Under the pieces are notes generated by a model that saw only the letters and a list, made by a program, of their open reading frames with translations, was not told where the DNA came from and made no database searches. From a gamma proteobacterium HdN1 (GTDB taxonomy: Bacteria; Pseudomonadota; Gammaproteobacteria; Pseudomonadales; Ketobacteraceae), in contig FP929140.1 in the NCBI GenBank assembly GCA_000198515.1, positions 314,527 through 346,526 on the forward strand: a stretch of 32,000 nucleotides of DNA, read 5' to 3'. The position numbers and the translations under genes were made by a program. Shown in pieces: positions 17,171-25,502 of this stretch. Numbering within the stretch: the first letter of the stretch is position 1; the number at the start of each line of letters is the position of its first letter.

Positions 17171-18979
17171 ATGCAAACTCAAGCACATGCCAACAAGCCT
17201 GCGGGAACAGAGAGTGCCGGTGGGCGCTTTGATAAAGGCTTTGATAAAGAGGTCGATGTTCTGGTGATTGGGTCGGGCGCTGGTGCGCTGACTGCGGCGG
17301 TCACGGCGAGCGTTGAGGGTTTGCGTGATATTTTGGTGGTGGAAAAGAGTGAGAAGTACGGTGGCACTTCGGCGATGTCAGGCGGTGGTATTTGGATTCC
17401 CAATAGCCACTATGCGCGCAAGGAAGGCGTCAACGATTCGGCAGAAGATGCGCTGCGCTATTTGAAAGCGGTGATTGGCGATGAGATTTCTGAGGAACGC
17501 CTGCGCTGCTATGTCGAGAAGTCGGCCGAAATGCTGGAGTACATGGATAAGCACTCACGCCTGAAGTACGAAACGGTGCCGTATTCTGACTATTACCCGG
17601 AAAAGCCGGGCGGCAAAGAAGGCCATCGTACTCACCAGCCAACGCCGATGCACGCCAAGCATCTGAAAGAAAATTTTAACGCGCTGCGTGAGCCGCCTTC
17701 GCAGGTTTTGGTGATGGGTAAGTTTACCATGACCATGAAGGAAGGGCGGGCGTTTCTGACGCAGGCCAAGGGTTGGAAAATGACGGCGCTGTTGATGGCG
17801 CTACGTTACTATCTGGATTTCCGTGGCCGTATGCTGGGCAAGCGCTCGCGCCGATTGACGATGGGGAATGCGCTGGTGGGCCAGCTGCGCTGGAGCATGA
17901 TGGAGCGCGGCATTGATTTATGGCTGAAATCACCGATGCTGGAGCTGATCGAAGCCAATGGCGAAGTGCTGGGCGCAGTTGTGGAGCACGAAGGCAAAAA
18001 ACTCAGGATTCGTGCGCGTAAAGGGGTTGTGCTGGGGGCCGGTGGCTTCGAGCATAATCAGGCGATGCGCGAACAGTATTTGCCAAAACCCACCAGCGCG
18101 GAATGGAGTGGTTCGCAGGTCAATAATACCGGCGATGCCATTCAGGAAACGATTCGCCTAGGGGCGAAATTGGATTTGATGGAGCATGCTTGGTGGGCAC
18201 CTGCGGTGAAAATTCCTGCTTGGGATCGTCCGTACATCGTGTTTGCAGAGCGTTCGCTGCCGGGGCTGGTTATCGTGAACAAGGCGGGCAAGCGTTTTTC
18301 GAACGAGGCGGCGCCTTATCTGGAAGCGGGGCTTGCGTTCTATCAGGCCAATTCTGAGGCGGAGCCAACGGTGCCTTCGCACGTGATTTTTGATGCGAAT
18401 TTCCGTAGAAAATTTCCTTTTGGGCCGATTCCTCCAGGTTACTCCATGCCGGATCAGATGATTTCCAAACGCGTTTGGGAAGTGTTGGTAAAGGCGGATA
18501 CGATTGCGGAATTGGCGAAAAAGATTGGCGTAGATCCCGAAGGGCTTGCGCAAACGGTTGCGAAAAATAACGAGTATGCTGCGAGCGGCAAGGATTCCGA
18601 GTTTCATCGTGGCGAGAGCTATTACGACCGTTATTACGGCGATGCGCGTACTTCGCCCAATCCTTGTATTGCGCCGATTTCAGAAGGGCCGTTTTATGCG
18701 TTGCCGATTCACCCTGGCGATATTGGCACCAAGGGTGGTGCGCTGACCGATGTAAATGGACAGGTGGTTCATGCCTCTGGAAAAGTGATTTCTGGCTTGT
18801 ATGCGATTGGCAATTCGGCGGCTTCGGTGATGGGGAGCAAATACCCTGGGGCGGGTTCTACGCTCGGCCCTGCAATGACGTTTGGCTATTTGGCGGCGAA
18901 GCATATGGCAAGTTCGCAGCGCTCGGGCAACGTACCCTCTACGGCGGCTACACAAGCGCCTGCGGGTGTATCGGCCTGA
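17171..18979 (+). CDS. FAD-dependent dehydrogenase of the 3-oxosteroid 1-dehydrogenase (KstD) / fumarate-reductase flavoprotein family
   Basis: VDVLVIGSGAGALTAAV FAD fold, GGTSAMSGGGIWIP, C-terminal GLYAIGNSAASVMGSKYPGAGSTLGPAMTFGY. ATG 17171 is preceded by GAGGAAAAAGTC. Confidence 0.8.
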   Translation: MQTQAHANKPAGTESAGGRFDKGFDKEVDVLVIGSGAGALTAAVTASVEGLRDILVVEKSEKYGGTSAMSGGGIWIPNSHYARKEGVNDSAEDALRYLKAVIGDEISEERLRCYVEKSAEMLEYMDKHSRLKYETVPYSDYYPEKPGGKEGHRTHQPTPMHAKHLKENFNALREPPSQVLVMGKFTMTMKEGRAFLTQAKGWKMTALLMALRYYLDFRGRMLGKRSRRLTMGNALVGQLRWSMMERGIDLWLKSPMLELIEANGEVLGAVVEHEGKKLRIRARKGVVLGAGGFEHNQAMREQYLPKPTSAEWSGSQVNNTGDAIQETIRLGAKLDLMEHAWWAPAVKIPAWDRPYIVFAERSLPGLVIVNKAGKRFSNEAAPYLEAGLAFYQANSEAEPTVPSHVIFDANFRRKFPFGPIPPGYSMPDQMISKRVWEVLVKADTIAELAKKIGVDPEGLAQTVAKNNEYAASGKDSEFHRGESYYDRYYGDARTSPNPCIAPISEGPFYALPIHPGDIGTKGGALTDVNGQVVHASGKVISGLYAIGNSAASVMGSKYPGAGSTLGPAMTFGYLAAKHMASSQRSGNVPSTAATQAPAGVSA

Positions 18980-19007
18980 GGTTCCTGCGGGAAAGCAGCA
19001 TCGGCTT

Positions 19008-19071
19008 GAGCAACTGTTTTCAAGAGCAGCTGTTTTCAAGAGCAACAGTTTTCAAGAGCAACTGGCTTCAA
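19008..19071. repeat. 16-bp tandem direct repeat x4 (GAGCAACTGTTTTCAA) in the KstD-like / SDR intergenic spacer
   Basis: Copies at 19008-19023 GAGCAACTGTTTTCAA, 19024-19039 GAGCAGCTGTTTTCAA, 19040-19055 GAGCAACAGTTTTCAA, and 19056-19071 GAGCAACTGGCTTCAA. Confidence 0.9.
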
Positions 19072-19104
19072 TATCAAAAATAAGAAGACAAAAGAGGACG
19101 GCTT

Positions 19105-19884
19105 ATGAGAAAGCAAACCCCTGAGTTTGGCCCGGGCGCATCTTTGGTATTTGGTGGCAGCGGCGGTATCGGCGCTGCCATTGCGACACGTATTGCGCAA
19201 GGTGGTAGCGATGTGGCGATCACCTATAAATCTCGCAAGGAAAAAGCGCTAGCTGCAGCGGAACAGATTGCGGCTTACGGTGTGCGTTGCACCGTTCACC
19301 AAGTCGATATTGCGAATCGTCAGCAGATTGATCATGCGATCCAAGAGGCGGTCGAAGCGCACGGGCGTTTGCATAGTGTGGTGGTTGCTGCCGGTTCTGA
19401 CATTAAGCAACCTTATCTTGCCGATGTGACGGATGCGGAGTGGGATGAGGTGATCAACGGCGATCTGAATGGATTCTTTCGTATCGTGAAGGGAATTATC
19501 CCGCATTTTCGCGCCAATGATGGCGGCTCTCTCGTGCATATTTCTTCCGCAGGTTTGGGTAGAACGCCACCGAAAGATGTGCTCTCGGTTGCGCCGAAAG
19601 CGGCCAATGAAGCCTTGGTAAAATATGTGGCGAAAGAAGAAGGCATCCACAATATTCGCGCGAACAGCGTTGCGGTAGGAGTTATCGAAACGGGAATTTT
19701 CAAGCGCTTGGAAGCGGAAGGTGTTTTTAATGATGCCTGGAAGCAAGCGGTGCTGGGTGCTCTACCGATTAAACACTTTGGGCAGCCGGAAGATATTGCG
19801 GAGGCTGCGGTGTTTTTTGCTTCTAACCGCTCAAAGTATGTGACCGGTCAATTACTTTTTGTGGATGGCGGTTACGCGGTCTAA
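19105..19884 (+). CDS. Atypical short-chain dehydrogenase/reductase (catalytic Tyr position occupied by Ser)
   Basis: VFGGSGGIGAA cofactor motif, VVVAAG, HISSAG. The expected YxxxK position reads SVAPK. SD AGAGGA. Confidence 0.8.
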   Translation: MRKQTPEFGPGASLVFGGSGGIGAAIATRIAQGGSDVAITYKSRKEKALAAAEQIAAYGVRCTVHQVDIANRQQIDHAIQEAVEAHGRLHSVVVAAGSDIKQPYLADVTDAEWDEVINGDLNGFFRIVKGIIPHFRANDGGSLVHISSAGLGRTPPKDVLSVAPKAANEALVKYVAKEEGIHNIRANSVAVGVIETGIFKRLEAEGVFNDAWKQAVLGALPIKHFGQPEDIAEAAVFFASNRSKYVTGQLLFVDGGYAV

Positions 19885-19912
19885 AAATTATCAAAAAAAC
19901 GAGGTTTCAACC

Positions 19913-20668
19913 ATGAAAAGATTTGAAGGGAAAGTGGCTTTGGTAACGGGCGCGGCATCGGGAATGGGTAAGGCAAGCGCGCTACGTTTGGCCGCCGAAG
20001 GCGCAAAAGTTTTGTTGGGCGATTTGAATGCGGAAGGCAATCAGGCGACCGCAAACGAGATCGAAGCAGCGGGCGGCGTAGCGCATGCAGTCGCTTTTAA
20101 CGCAGCGGATGAGGCTTCTTGCAAGGCGCTGGTGCAGGCGGCGGTCGATCAATTTGGTGGTTTGGATGTGGTGGTCAATGCGGCGGGGATCGCAAGTTTC
20201 TATCACCTGCATGAATTGACCAATGATATTTTCAACAAATTTATTACCATCAACCTAACCAGCGTGTTCACCATTTGCCGTGAAGCAATGCCGCATCTGA
20301 AAAAGACGAAGGGCAATATCGTAAACTTCGCGTCGCTCAATGCCAAAGTGATGACGGCCTACCAAACTGCTTACTGTGCTTCCAAGGCGGGTGTTGCCGC
20401 GATTACCAAGTGCATGGCGCAAGAGTTTGAAGCGGATGGTGTGCGTGCAAACGTAATTTGCCCGGGTGGAATTGAAACACCGATGGTGAAGAATATCCGC
20501 TTCCCAGAGGGGCTCAATCGTCGCTTGCTCGCTAACCTTCAGCCATTGGGCCGCAAGGGTGAGCCGGAAGAAGTAGCCGCTTTGGTTGCTTTCTTGGCGT
20601 CTTCAGAGGCAAGCTACATCAGCGGTGAAGACATCTTTATTGATGGCGGTGCACGTTCCGCGTTGTAA
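19913..20668 (+). CDS. Short-chain dehydrogenase/reductase
   Basis: From ATG 19913: MKRFEGKVALVTGAASGMGKA, then NAAG, S...YCASKAG, PGGIETPM. The 19859 start in the track overlaps the upstream gene. Confidence 0.88.
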   Translation: MKRFEGKVALVTGAASGMGKASALRLAAEGAKVLLGDLNAEGNQATANEIEAAGGVAHAVAFNAADEASCKALVQAAVDQFGGLDVVVNAAGIASFYHLHELTNDIFNKFITINLTSVFTICREAMPHLKKTKGNIVNFASLNAKVMTAYQTAYCASKAGVAAITKCMAQEFEADGVRANVICPGGIETPMVKNIRFPEGLNRRLLANLQPLGRKGEPEEVAALVAFLASSEASYISGEDIFIDGGARSAL

Positions 20669-20671
20669 GGG

Positions 20672-21166
20672 CTAGTTGCCGCCTTTTTCAGTATAGAACC
20701 AGCGAATTTTATCGAAGGTGTGGAGCGTGATCAGTGCGAGAACGCTCCATGCCGCCGATGCGTGTATCATGCGCACCCAGGCTTCTTGATCGGCACTGTT
20801 AGGTGCGAGTGCGGAGAAGGGCAAAAAGCCAAAGGCGTTGATGTCGAGGTCAATGACCGCAGCGAGCGCAATGCCAATAAACGTCTGCACAATTAAAATC
20901 GGGTAAAACACCCACTGGCCTAATAGTAGCGGTTTACGCCACCAGTTCTTCGGTGCATAGAGGCGGTTGCTTCGCCGCCACCACCAGCGTCCTGCCATAA
21001 AAAGAAAGATCAAAATGCCCACACCCGCGTGCAGGCCAACAAGGATTTGGCGCGTTTCCGTTTCGAAGTTTCCTAGTCGCCACCCACCGAGCACGTTAAA
21101 CGTAATTAACACGAATGCGAGCCAGTGTAGGGTTTTAGCTATGGTGTACTGCGTTCTCTTGTCCAT
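20672..21166 (-). CDS. Cytochrome b561 family membrane protein
   Basis: From ATG 21166: MDKRTQYTIAKTLHWLAFVLI. Four hydrophobic helices with His residues spaced as in the dihaem b561/CybB family (HW, LHAG, MIHAS, LHTF). Confidence 0.7.
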   Translation of the reverse strand: MDKRTQYTIAKTLHWLAFVLITFNVLGGWRLGNFETETRQILVGLHAGVGILIFLFMAGRWWWRRSNRLYAPKNWWRKPLLLGQWVFYPILIVQTFIGIALAAVIDLDINAFGFLPFSALAPNSADQEAWVRMIHASAAWSVLALITLHTFDKIRWFYTEKGGN

Positions 21167-21200
21167 GGCTGACTCCAGTGGCAGAAAATTCTTCTGTGCA

Positions 21201-21242
21201 AACATACAAAATTGCCGGTGGGCTTTTGGCCACACCGGCAAT
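21201..21242 (-). terminator. Rho-independent terminator after norB
   Basis: 10-bp stem ATTGCCGGTG / CACCGGCAAT with 3 extra inner pairs, 14 nt past the norB stop. On the minus strand it is followed by TTTGTATGTTTG. Confidence 0.7.
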
Positions 21243-21256
21243 GCTTTGTTGCTTAG

Positions 21257-23641
21257 TTATTTTTTAACAGCAACCCATGGTTCATCATCTTCATAGGCTG
21301 TCCACTCGCCTTCTGCTACTTCGGTCTCTTGTTGCAGCGTACGGCCGCGTGAGAGAACAAACCAGATCAGAGGCAGGGCGCCGCCCAGTACGAATACCGC
21401 AATGCCAATTACGCGCAGGTAGGTGAAGCTGGCAAATACGGGGCCAAGGATAACTTCAGAGGAGCGTGCATGCCACAGACCATCTTGCAGGGTGAGCCAT
21501 ACTTGATAGAGTCCTACGGGGAACATGTCGAGCACCATCATCAGAACCAAGCCGATCTGAAGTGACCAGAAGATCCCTTTGATGCGTGTTTCGCTCCATG
21601 CAGATTTGTGGAACATGTGCTGCAAGCAGAACAACATGCCTGCAATCGCAATGTTACCTTTTACACCGAACATTGCTGCGTGCGCGTGGTTCGGGGTCAG
21701 GTAGGTTGCGTGCTCGTAGTAGTTTACGATCGGCAGGTTGATCAGCGAACCCAGTACGCCAGCGCCTACGATGTTCCAGAAGTTAACGCCGAGGATGAAG
21801 AGCCACACGCCTTCCATCACGTGTACCTGGCGGCCTTGTTGACGAAGGTCGTGTGCGCGGCCCAGTTCTTGACGCATTTTCCACGCATCCAGAGTGAGTA
21901 GCAGCATCGGCAGTACTTGCAGCGTGGAGAAAATACTTCCGAGAGCGATAATGCCGGTGGGCTTGGCAATCCAGTAGAAGTTATGCGAGATCCCGATAAC
22001 GGCGGTGATCAGGAACAGCATGACCGCAAGGAAAATGGTGCGCTCTGCCATCAGGCGAGTAACGAGCCCCATCTGTACCAAGAGATAGCCGACGATTACG
22101 GTGGTGAAGACTTCGAAAGTTACTTCTACCCACATGTGTACGACCATCCAGCGCCAGTAGTCTGCGATTGCAAAGTTTTGGTCTTCAAGGATGAGTACGC
22201 CGAAGAACAGGAACAGAACCATGATGCCGCTGCCATAGAGCAGCCATGCAGGTACCGACCAGATGTTTTTGCGCGTCAGCCAGTTTTTTACTCCACGGTA
22301 GATGATGTAAATCCAGAAGCTGAAGGTAACGAGCAAGAACAGTTGGAAGAAGCGGCCCATTTCCATGAATTCCCAGCCCATCGTGCCAAACCAGTAGGCA
22401 ACCCAGCCATCTAGGAATCCCATGGTAGATAGGTAAACGCCGATCAGAGTGCCAAGGCCCACGATCACGATCATCGCGAACAGCGAATTGATCATGGTGC
22501 GTTGTGAACTAGGCAGCTTCGAGAGGCGTGGCAGGAAGAAAATGGTGTAGCCAACCCAGCATACGAAGAACCAAACAATCTGGATGATTGCGTGGAAGCT
22601 ACGTGATGCAGTAAAGGGCAGGAAGTCGTTCAGTGAAATGCCGAAAGGTTTCACAAAATCCCAAGCCGCTGCGATCCCTGCAAAAATCTGCACACCAAAA
22701 AGAATCATCGCGAGCGCAAAGAACTTGTAAGTTGCTTTTTGCGTGGGGCGAACATATCCGTTTTCAAGATCGTGAGTCGTGAGAGCAAAGGGGTTTTCCG
22801 TCGAAGTTCCGAATACATCAATGGGTAGTTCGCGCATTTGGCCGTAGACGTAAAGTACTACAACGATGCACAGAAATAGCGCGAGGATGGAAAGGAAACT
22901 CCAAATCCATGTGGCGGGAGTAGGAGCGTTACCTGCACCCGGATCATGTGGCCAGTTGTGTGTATAGCTGTAGGTTTCGCCCGGACGGTTTGCCGCAGAA
23001 GCCCAGCCACCCCAGAAGAAAAACGAGGTGAGTGAGGTGATTTGCTCTGGATCTGAAATCAAACCTTGCGGGTGAAAGGCTTCAGAGTAGGTCGCATCGT
23101 TAAACATCTTGCGGTAGTGCTCACGCACTTCTGCGAAGGCATATTCCTGTGCGGGATTGAGCCGCACGATGCCGGCCTCCTCATCATAGGCGTTATTGTG
23201 CAGCTCGCGAATTACGCGTGCAGCGATGGCATCTGTCTCATAAACAGGGAGCGCATCGACGCCTAGCTCTGCCTTTTTCTCCTTCGCATAGAACTCGCGC
23301 ATGGCGACGACTGAGCGGTGGAGAGAATCAGCGGTGAAGTCGGGTCCACGTTCAGCACCATCTCCCCAGAAAGAGCCGTACGCCATCAAGCCGCGAATCG
23401 ACCATACATGTTTCCCATCCATGATCTGTTGTTCGCTGAAGACCGTGTCGCCTTTGTCGTTAACGAAATTAACAATGGGAGGTGCCGATATATAGGTTTG
23501 TGCGCCTAGATACAGCAAGCCGCCAGTGCAGATAGCAGCAACAATCAGAAACTGGAGAATCCAGTTCTTCTTGCTGACCAGCCACAGGGCGATATTTTTT
23601 TTCGCCCTGATAGAACCGCCTAATAGTGAATTTGTGCTCAT
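21257..23641 (-). CDS. norB: Quinol-dependent nitric oxide reductase, single large subunit (qNOR, NorB/NorZ type)
   Basis: At 794 aa it has the fused N-terminal extension typical of qNOR, followed by a 12-helix haem-copper oxidase core with conserved His-rich helices (HNFYW, HAHAAMFG). SD TGGAGT. Confidence 0.9.
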   Translation of the reverse strand: MSTNSLLGGSIRAKKNIALWLVSKKNWILQFLIVAAICTGGLLYLGAQTYISAPPIVNFVNDKGDTVFSEQQIMDGKHVWSIRGLMAYGSFWGDGAERGPDFTADSLHRSVVAMREFYAKEKKAELGVDALPVYETDAIAARVIRELHNNAYDEEAGIVRLNPAQEYAFAEVREHYRKMFNDATYSEAFHPQGLISDPEQITSLTSFFFWGGWASAANRPGETYSYTHNWPHDPGAGNAPTPATWIWSFLSILALFLCIVVVLYVYGQMRELPIDVFGTSTENPFALTTHDLENGYVRPTQKATYKFFALAMILFGVQIFAGIAAAWDFVKPFGISLNDFLPFTASRSFHAIIQIVWFFVCWVGYTIFFLPRLSKLPSSQRTMINSLFAMIVIVGLGTLIGVYLSTMGFLDGWVAYWFGTMGWEFMEMGRFFQLFLLVTFSFWIYIIYRGVKNWLTRKNIWSVPAWLLYGSGIMVLFLFFGVLILEDQNFAIADYWRWMVVHMWVEVTFEVFTTVIVGYLLVQMGLVTRLMAERTIFLAVMLFLITAVIGISHNFYWIAKPTGIIALGSIFSTLQVLPMLLLTLDAWKMRQELGRAHDLRQQGRQVHVMEGVWLFILGVNFWNIVGAGVLGSLINLPIVNYYEHATYLTPNHAHAAMFGVKGNIAIAGMLFCLQHMFHKSAWSETRIKGIFWSLQIGLVLMMVLDMFPVGLYQVWLTLQDGLWHARSSEVILGPVFASFTYLRVIGIAVFVLGGALPLIWFVLSRGRTLQQETEVAEGEWTAYEDDEPWVAVKK

Positions 23642-23735
23642 GACTAGAACTCCAAGTTTGTTGTGACCCTACGACCACAACGAGAGCCTAGCATTAGCTT
23701 TATACCGGTGAATATGAGCCGTATTTATCATGTAT

Positions 23736-23753
23736 ATGATCAAGTTTGATCAT
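23736..23753. promoter_or_regulatory. Perfect 18-bp palindrome ATGATCAA-GT-TTGATCAT about 100 bp upstream of norB
   Basis: Read directly. The related TGATCA-N6-TGATCA occurs at 23988-24005. The cognate regulator is unknown. Confidence 0.3.
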
Positions 23754-23950
23754 GTGTAAACAATAACGCCACGGGTGATTTACGGAACTAAATGATTGGC
23801 GGTCATATGTTGCCAAACAGTGCCACGTTGCGGCACAAGATGACCAAATTTAAGCGTGATTCTGCGCTATGAGAGAGCATTTATCTTTGTAAAAAGGCAA
23901 AAAAAATATTCTGAAACAAATCGATTCGCATAAATGCATACAAAACACTG

Positions 23951-23964
23951 ATGATTGAAATCAA
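23951..23964. promoter_or_regulatory. FNR/DNR/NnrR-type box (aTGAT-TGAA-ATCAA)
   Basis: 9 of 10 match to TTGAT-N4-ATCAA. It lies in the 452-bp AT-rich divergent region, about 130 bp upstream of the first MORN gene and about 310 bp upstream of norB. Confidence 0.35.
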
Positions 23965-24093
23965 GTAATTCCATGTTTTGCATTGCTTGATCATTAAAGT
24001 GATCAGTTATATGTTAATTAGCATCTCGCAGTTCAATGCTGGACAAAAGAGAAAACTGAAATCGAACCATCCGAAAATAGTGGAGGAGTAATA

Positions 24094-24852
24094 ATGCGCG
24101 GTTCCCTATTACAGTCCTTGTTTAAGAGGGAAGACAAAGCAAGCATTCAGAAGCCAGCCGATGTGTTCCCATCTGATGGTACATGTGAGTTTCTTAATGA
24201 TGATGGTTCACCGAGATTTCAAGGGAGTTTTGCGTCAGGTACCTATCATGGGATACAAAAATGGTTCGATCGCAGGGGTGTTTTGCGTGAAGTTCAAACT
24301 TGGGTAAACGGGGTCAAGGAGGGAGAATGGCTTTTATATCATGCAAATGGGCAGCTACGTGCGCGTGGCGGATTTTCTGGTGGGATTCGTAATGGGAGTT
24401 TCGAGGTTTTCTTTGAGAATGGGAAGCAGCGTTCAAAGGGGGAACACAGGGACGATGAGCGTCATGGAGGTTACATTTCACGACATGAAAATGGAGAAGT
24501 GGAGTGCGTTGGAGAATTTTTTAAGGGAAAGAAGAATGGAGAATGGAAAAGATACCATAATAACGCCGCAATTGCGGAACTTGGAAGCTATCGGCTTGGT
24601 GAAAAGCATGGTGAATGGTTTGGGTATAGTGCAGATGGTTGTGTGATTGCGCACGAACTATTTGCCTATGGAAAGCTGGAAGGATGCCAAGAGCGATTCT
24701 ATGAAAATGGTGTTCTAAAGAATCGCGATATGTATGTCGATGGTGCTAGAAACGGATACCAAGAATTATATTCAGAGAACGGAAAACTGTTGCGTGTAGC
24801 CTTTTATAAAAAAGGGGTAATGCAGCGAACAGAGGCGACGAGGGCGCCGTGA
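24094..24852 (+). CDS. MORN-variant repeat protein (YwqK antitoxin/immunity-like family)
   Basis: 252 aa with a strong SD GGAGGAG. Repeated G..G.W..Y..NG.L...G.Y..G...G units (e.g. GVKEGEWLLYHANGQLRARGGF; GKKNGEWKRYHNN; GEKHGEWFGYSADG). No signal peptide. Confidence 0.8.
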   Translation: MRGSLLQSLFKREDKASIQKPADVFPSDGTCEFLNDDGSPRFQGSFASGTYHGIQKWFDRRGVLREVQTWVNGVKEGEWLLYHANGQLRARGGFSGGIRNGSFEVFFENGKQRSKGEHRDDERHGGYISRHENGEVECVGEFFKGKKNGEWKRYHNNAAIAELGSYRLGEKHGEWFGYSADGCVIAHELFAYGKLEGCQERFYENGVLKNRDMYVDGARNGYQELYSENGKLLRVAFYKKGVMQRTEATRAP

Positions 24853-25502
24853 TGAAGAAGATTATCGCTTCGTTGTACAAGAGTTCAATTGAGGGAATCC
24901 GCCTCGTATTTGGAAAGAGTCGCCATCAGGCTGTTTTGATTCAAGTGGAAGAAGCCGGAGAAAAAAGGGGAATTTTCCAGAGCGCACGCCTTACGGGAAG
25001 CGCGAAGCGCTACTTCGAGAACGGCCAGTTGGAACTTACGGGATTCTACAAGGATGGTAAGGAGGATGGCCTCTGGGAGTTTTTTTATCCAAATGGAAAG
25101 CGCGAGTTTCGCGGGAGATTTAAGGAGGGACAAAGAGATGGTGAGTGGGAAATGTTCTACGAGAACGGGCAGACGAAGTTAAAAGGCTACTCAATATTTG
25201 GTATCCCAGAGGGAAGCTTCGAGCGTTATCACCGCGATGGACAATTGGTAGAGAAATCAAATTACAAGGACGGAGAATACCATGGCCCTTTCGAACAGTA
25301 TTTTCTGGATGGATGCATTCATTGCAAAGGCGAATATGAAAGCGGTGAGCGCAATGGCCTCTGGGAGATTCATGCGGAGGATGGCCGAAGCTTTCGGAAA
25401 GGCTACTATCGACTTGGCGAAAAGGAAGGGAAGTGGGAAGTTTTCAATTACCAAGGACAATGCATCGAGTGCCTTTATTATCAAGAAGGTATGATCGTAT
25501 AG
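24852..25502 (+). CDS. MORN-variant repeat protein (YwqK-like), second copy
   Basis: ATG 24852 shares its A with the upstream TGA (GTGATGA), and GAGGG lies 7 nt upstream. Repeats include GKEDGLWEFFYPNGKREFRGRF, GQRDGEWEMFYENGQTKLKG, GERNGLWEIHAEDG and GEKEGKWEVFNYQG. A GTG at 24849 is an alternative start. Confidence 0.8.
   Translation: MKKIIASLYKSSIEGIRLVFGKSRHQAVLIQVEEAGEKRGIFQSARLTGSAKRYFENGQLELTGFYKDGKEDGLWEFFYPNGKREFRGRFKEGQRDGEWEMFYENGQTKLKGYSIFGIPEGSFERYHRDGQLVEKSNYKDGEYHGPFEQYFLDGCIHCKGEYESGERNGLWEIHAEDGRSFRKGYYRLGEKEGKWEVFNYQGQCIECLYYQEGMIV

Noticed and set aside
20666-20674. Convergent stop codons only 3 bp apart (SDR / b561), and 8 bp apart at 2581/2590, with no terminator
   Set aside because: This is real but common in compact bacterial genomes. 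There is no further signal to interpret.
23810-23825. Sigma54-like promoter on the minus strand (TGGCACTGTTTGGCAA) upstream of norB
   Set aside because: The GG-to-GC spacing is one nucleotide short of the invariant -24/-12 geometry, and no NorR-type activator gene is in the window. I kept it only as part of the palindrome inventory.
23921-23945. Possible NsrR site (TTCGCATAAATGCATAC)
   Set aside because: Only one half-site (AAATGCAT) resembles the consensus as I recall it, and the partner arm is poor. I cannot support it without a matrix scan.
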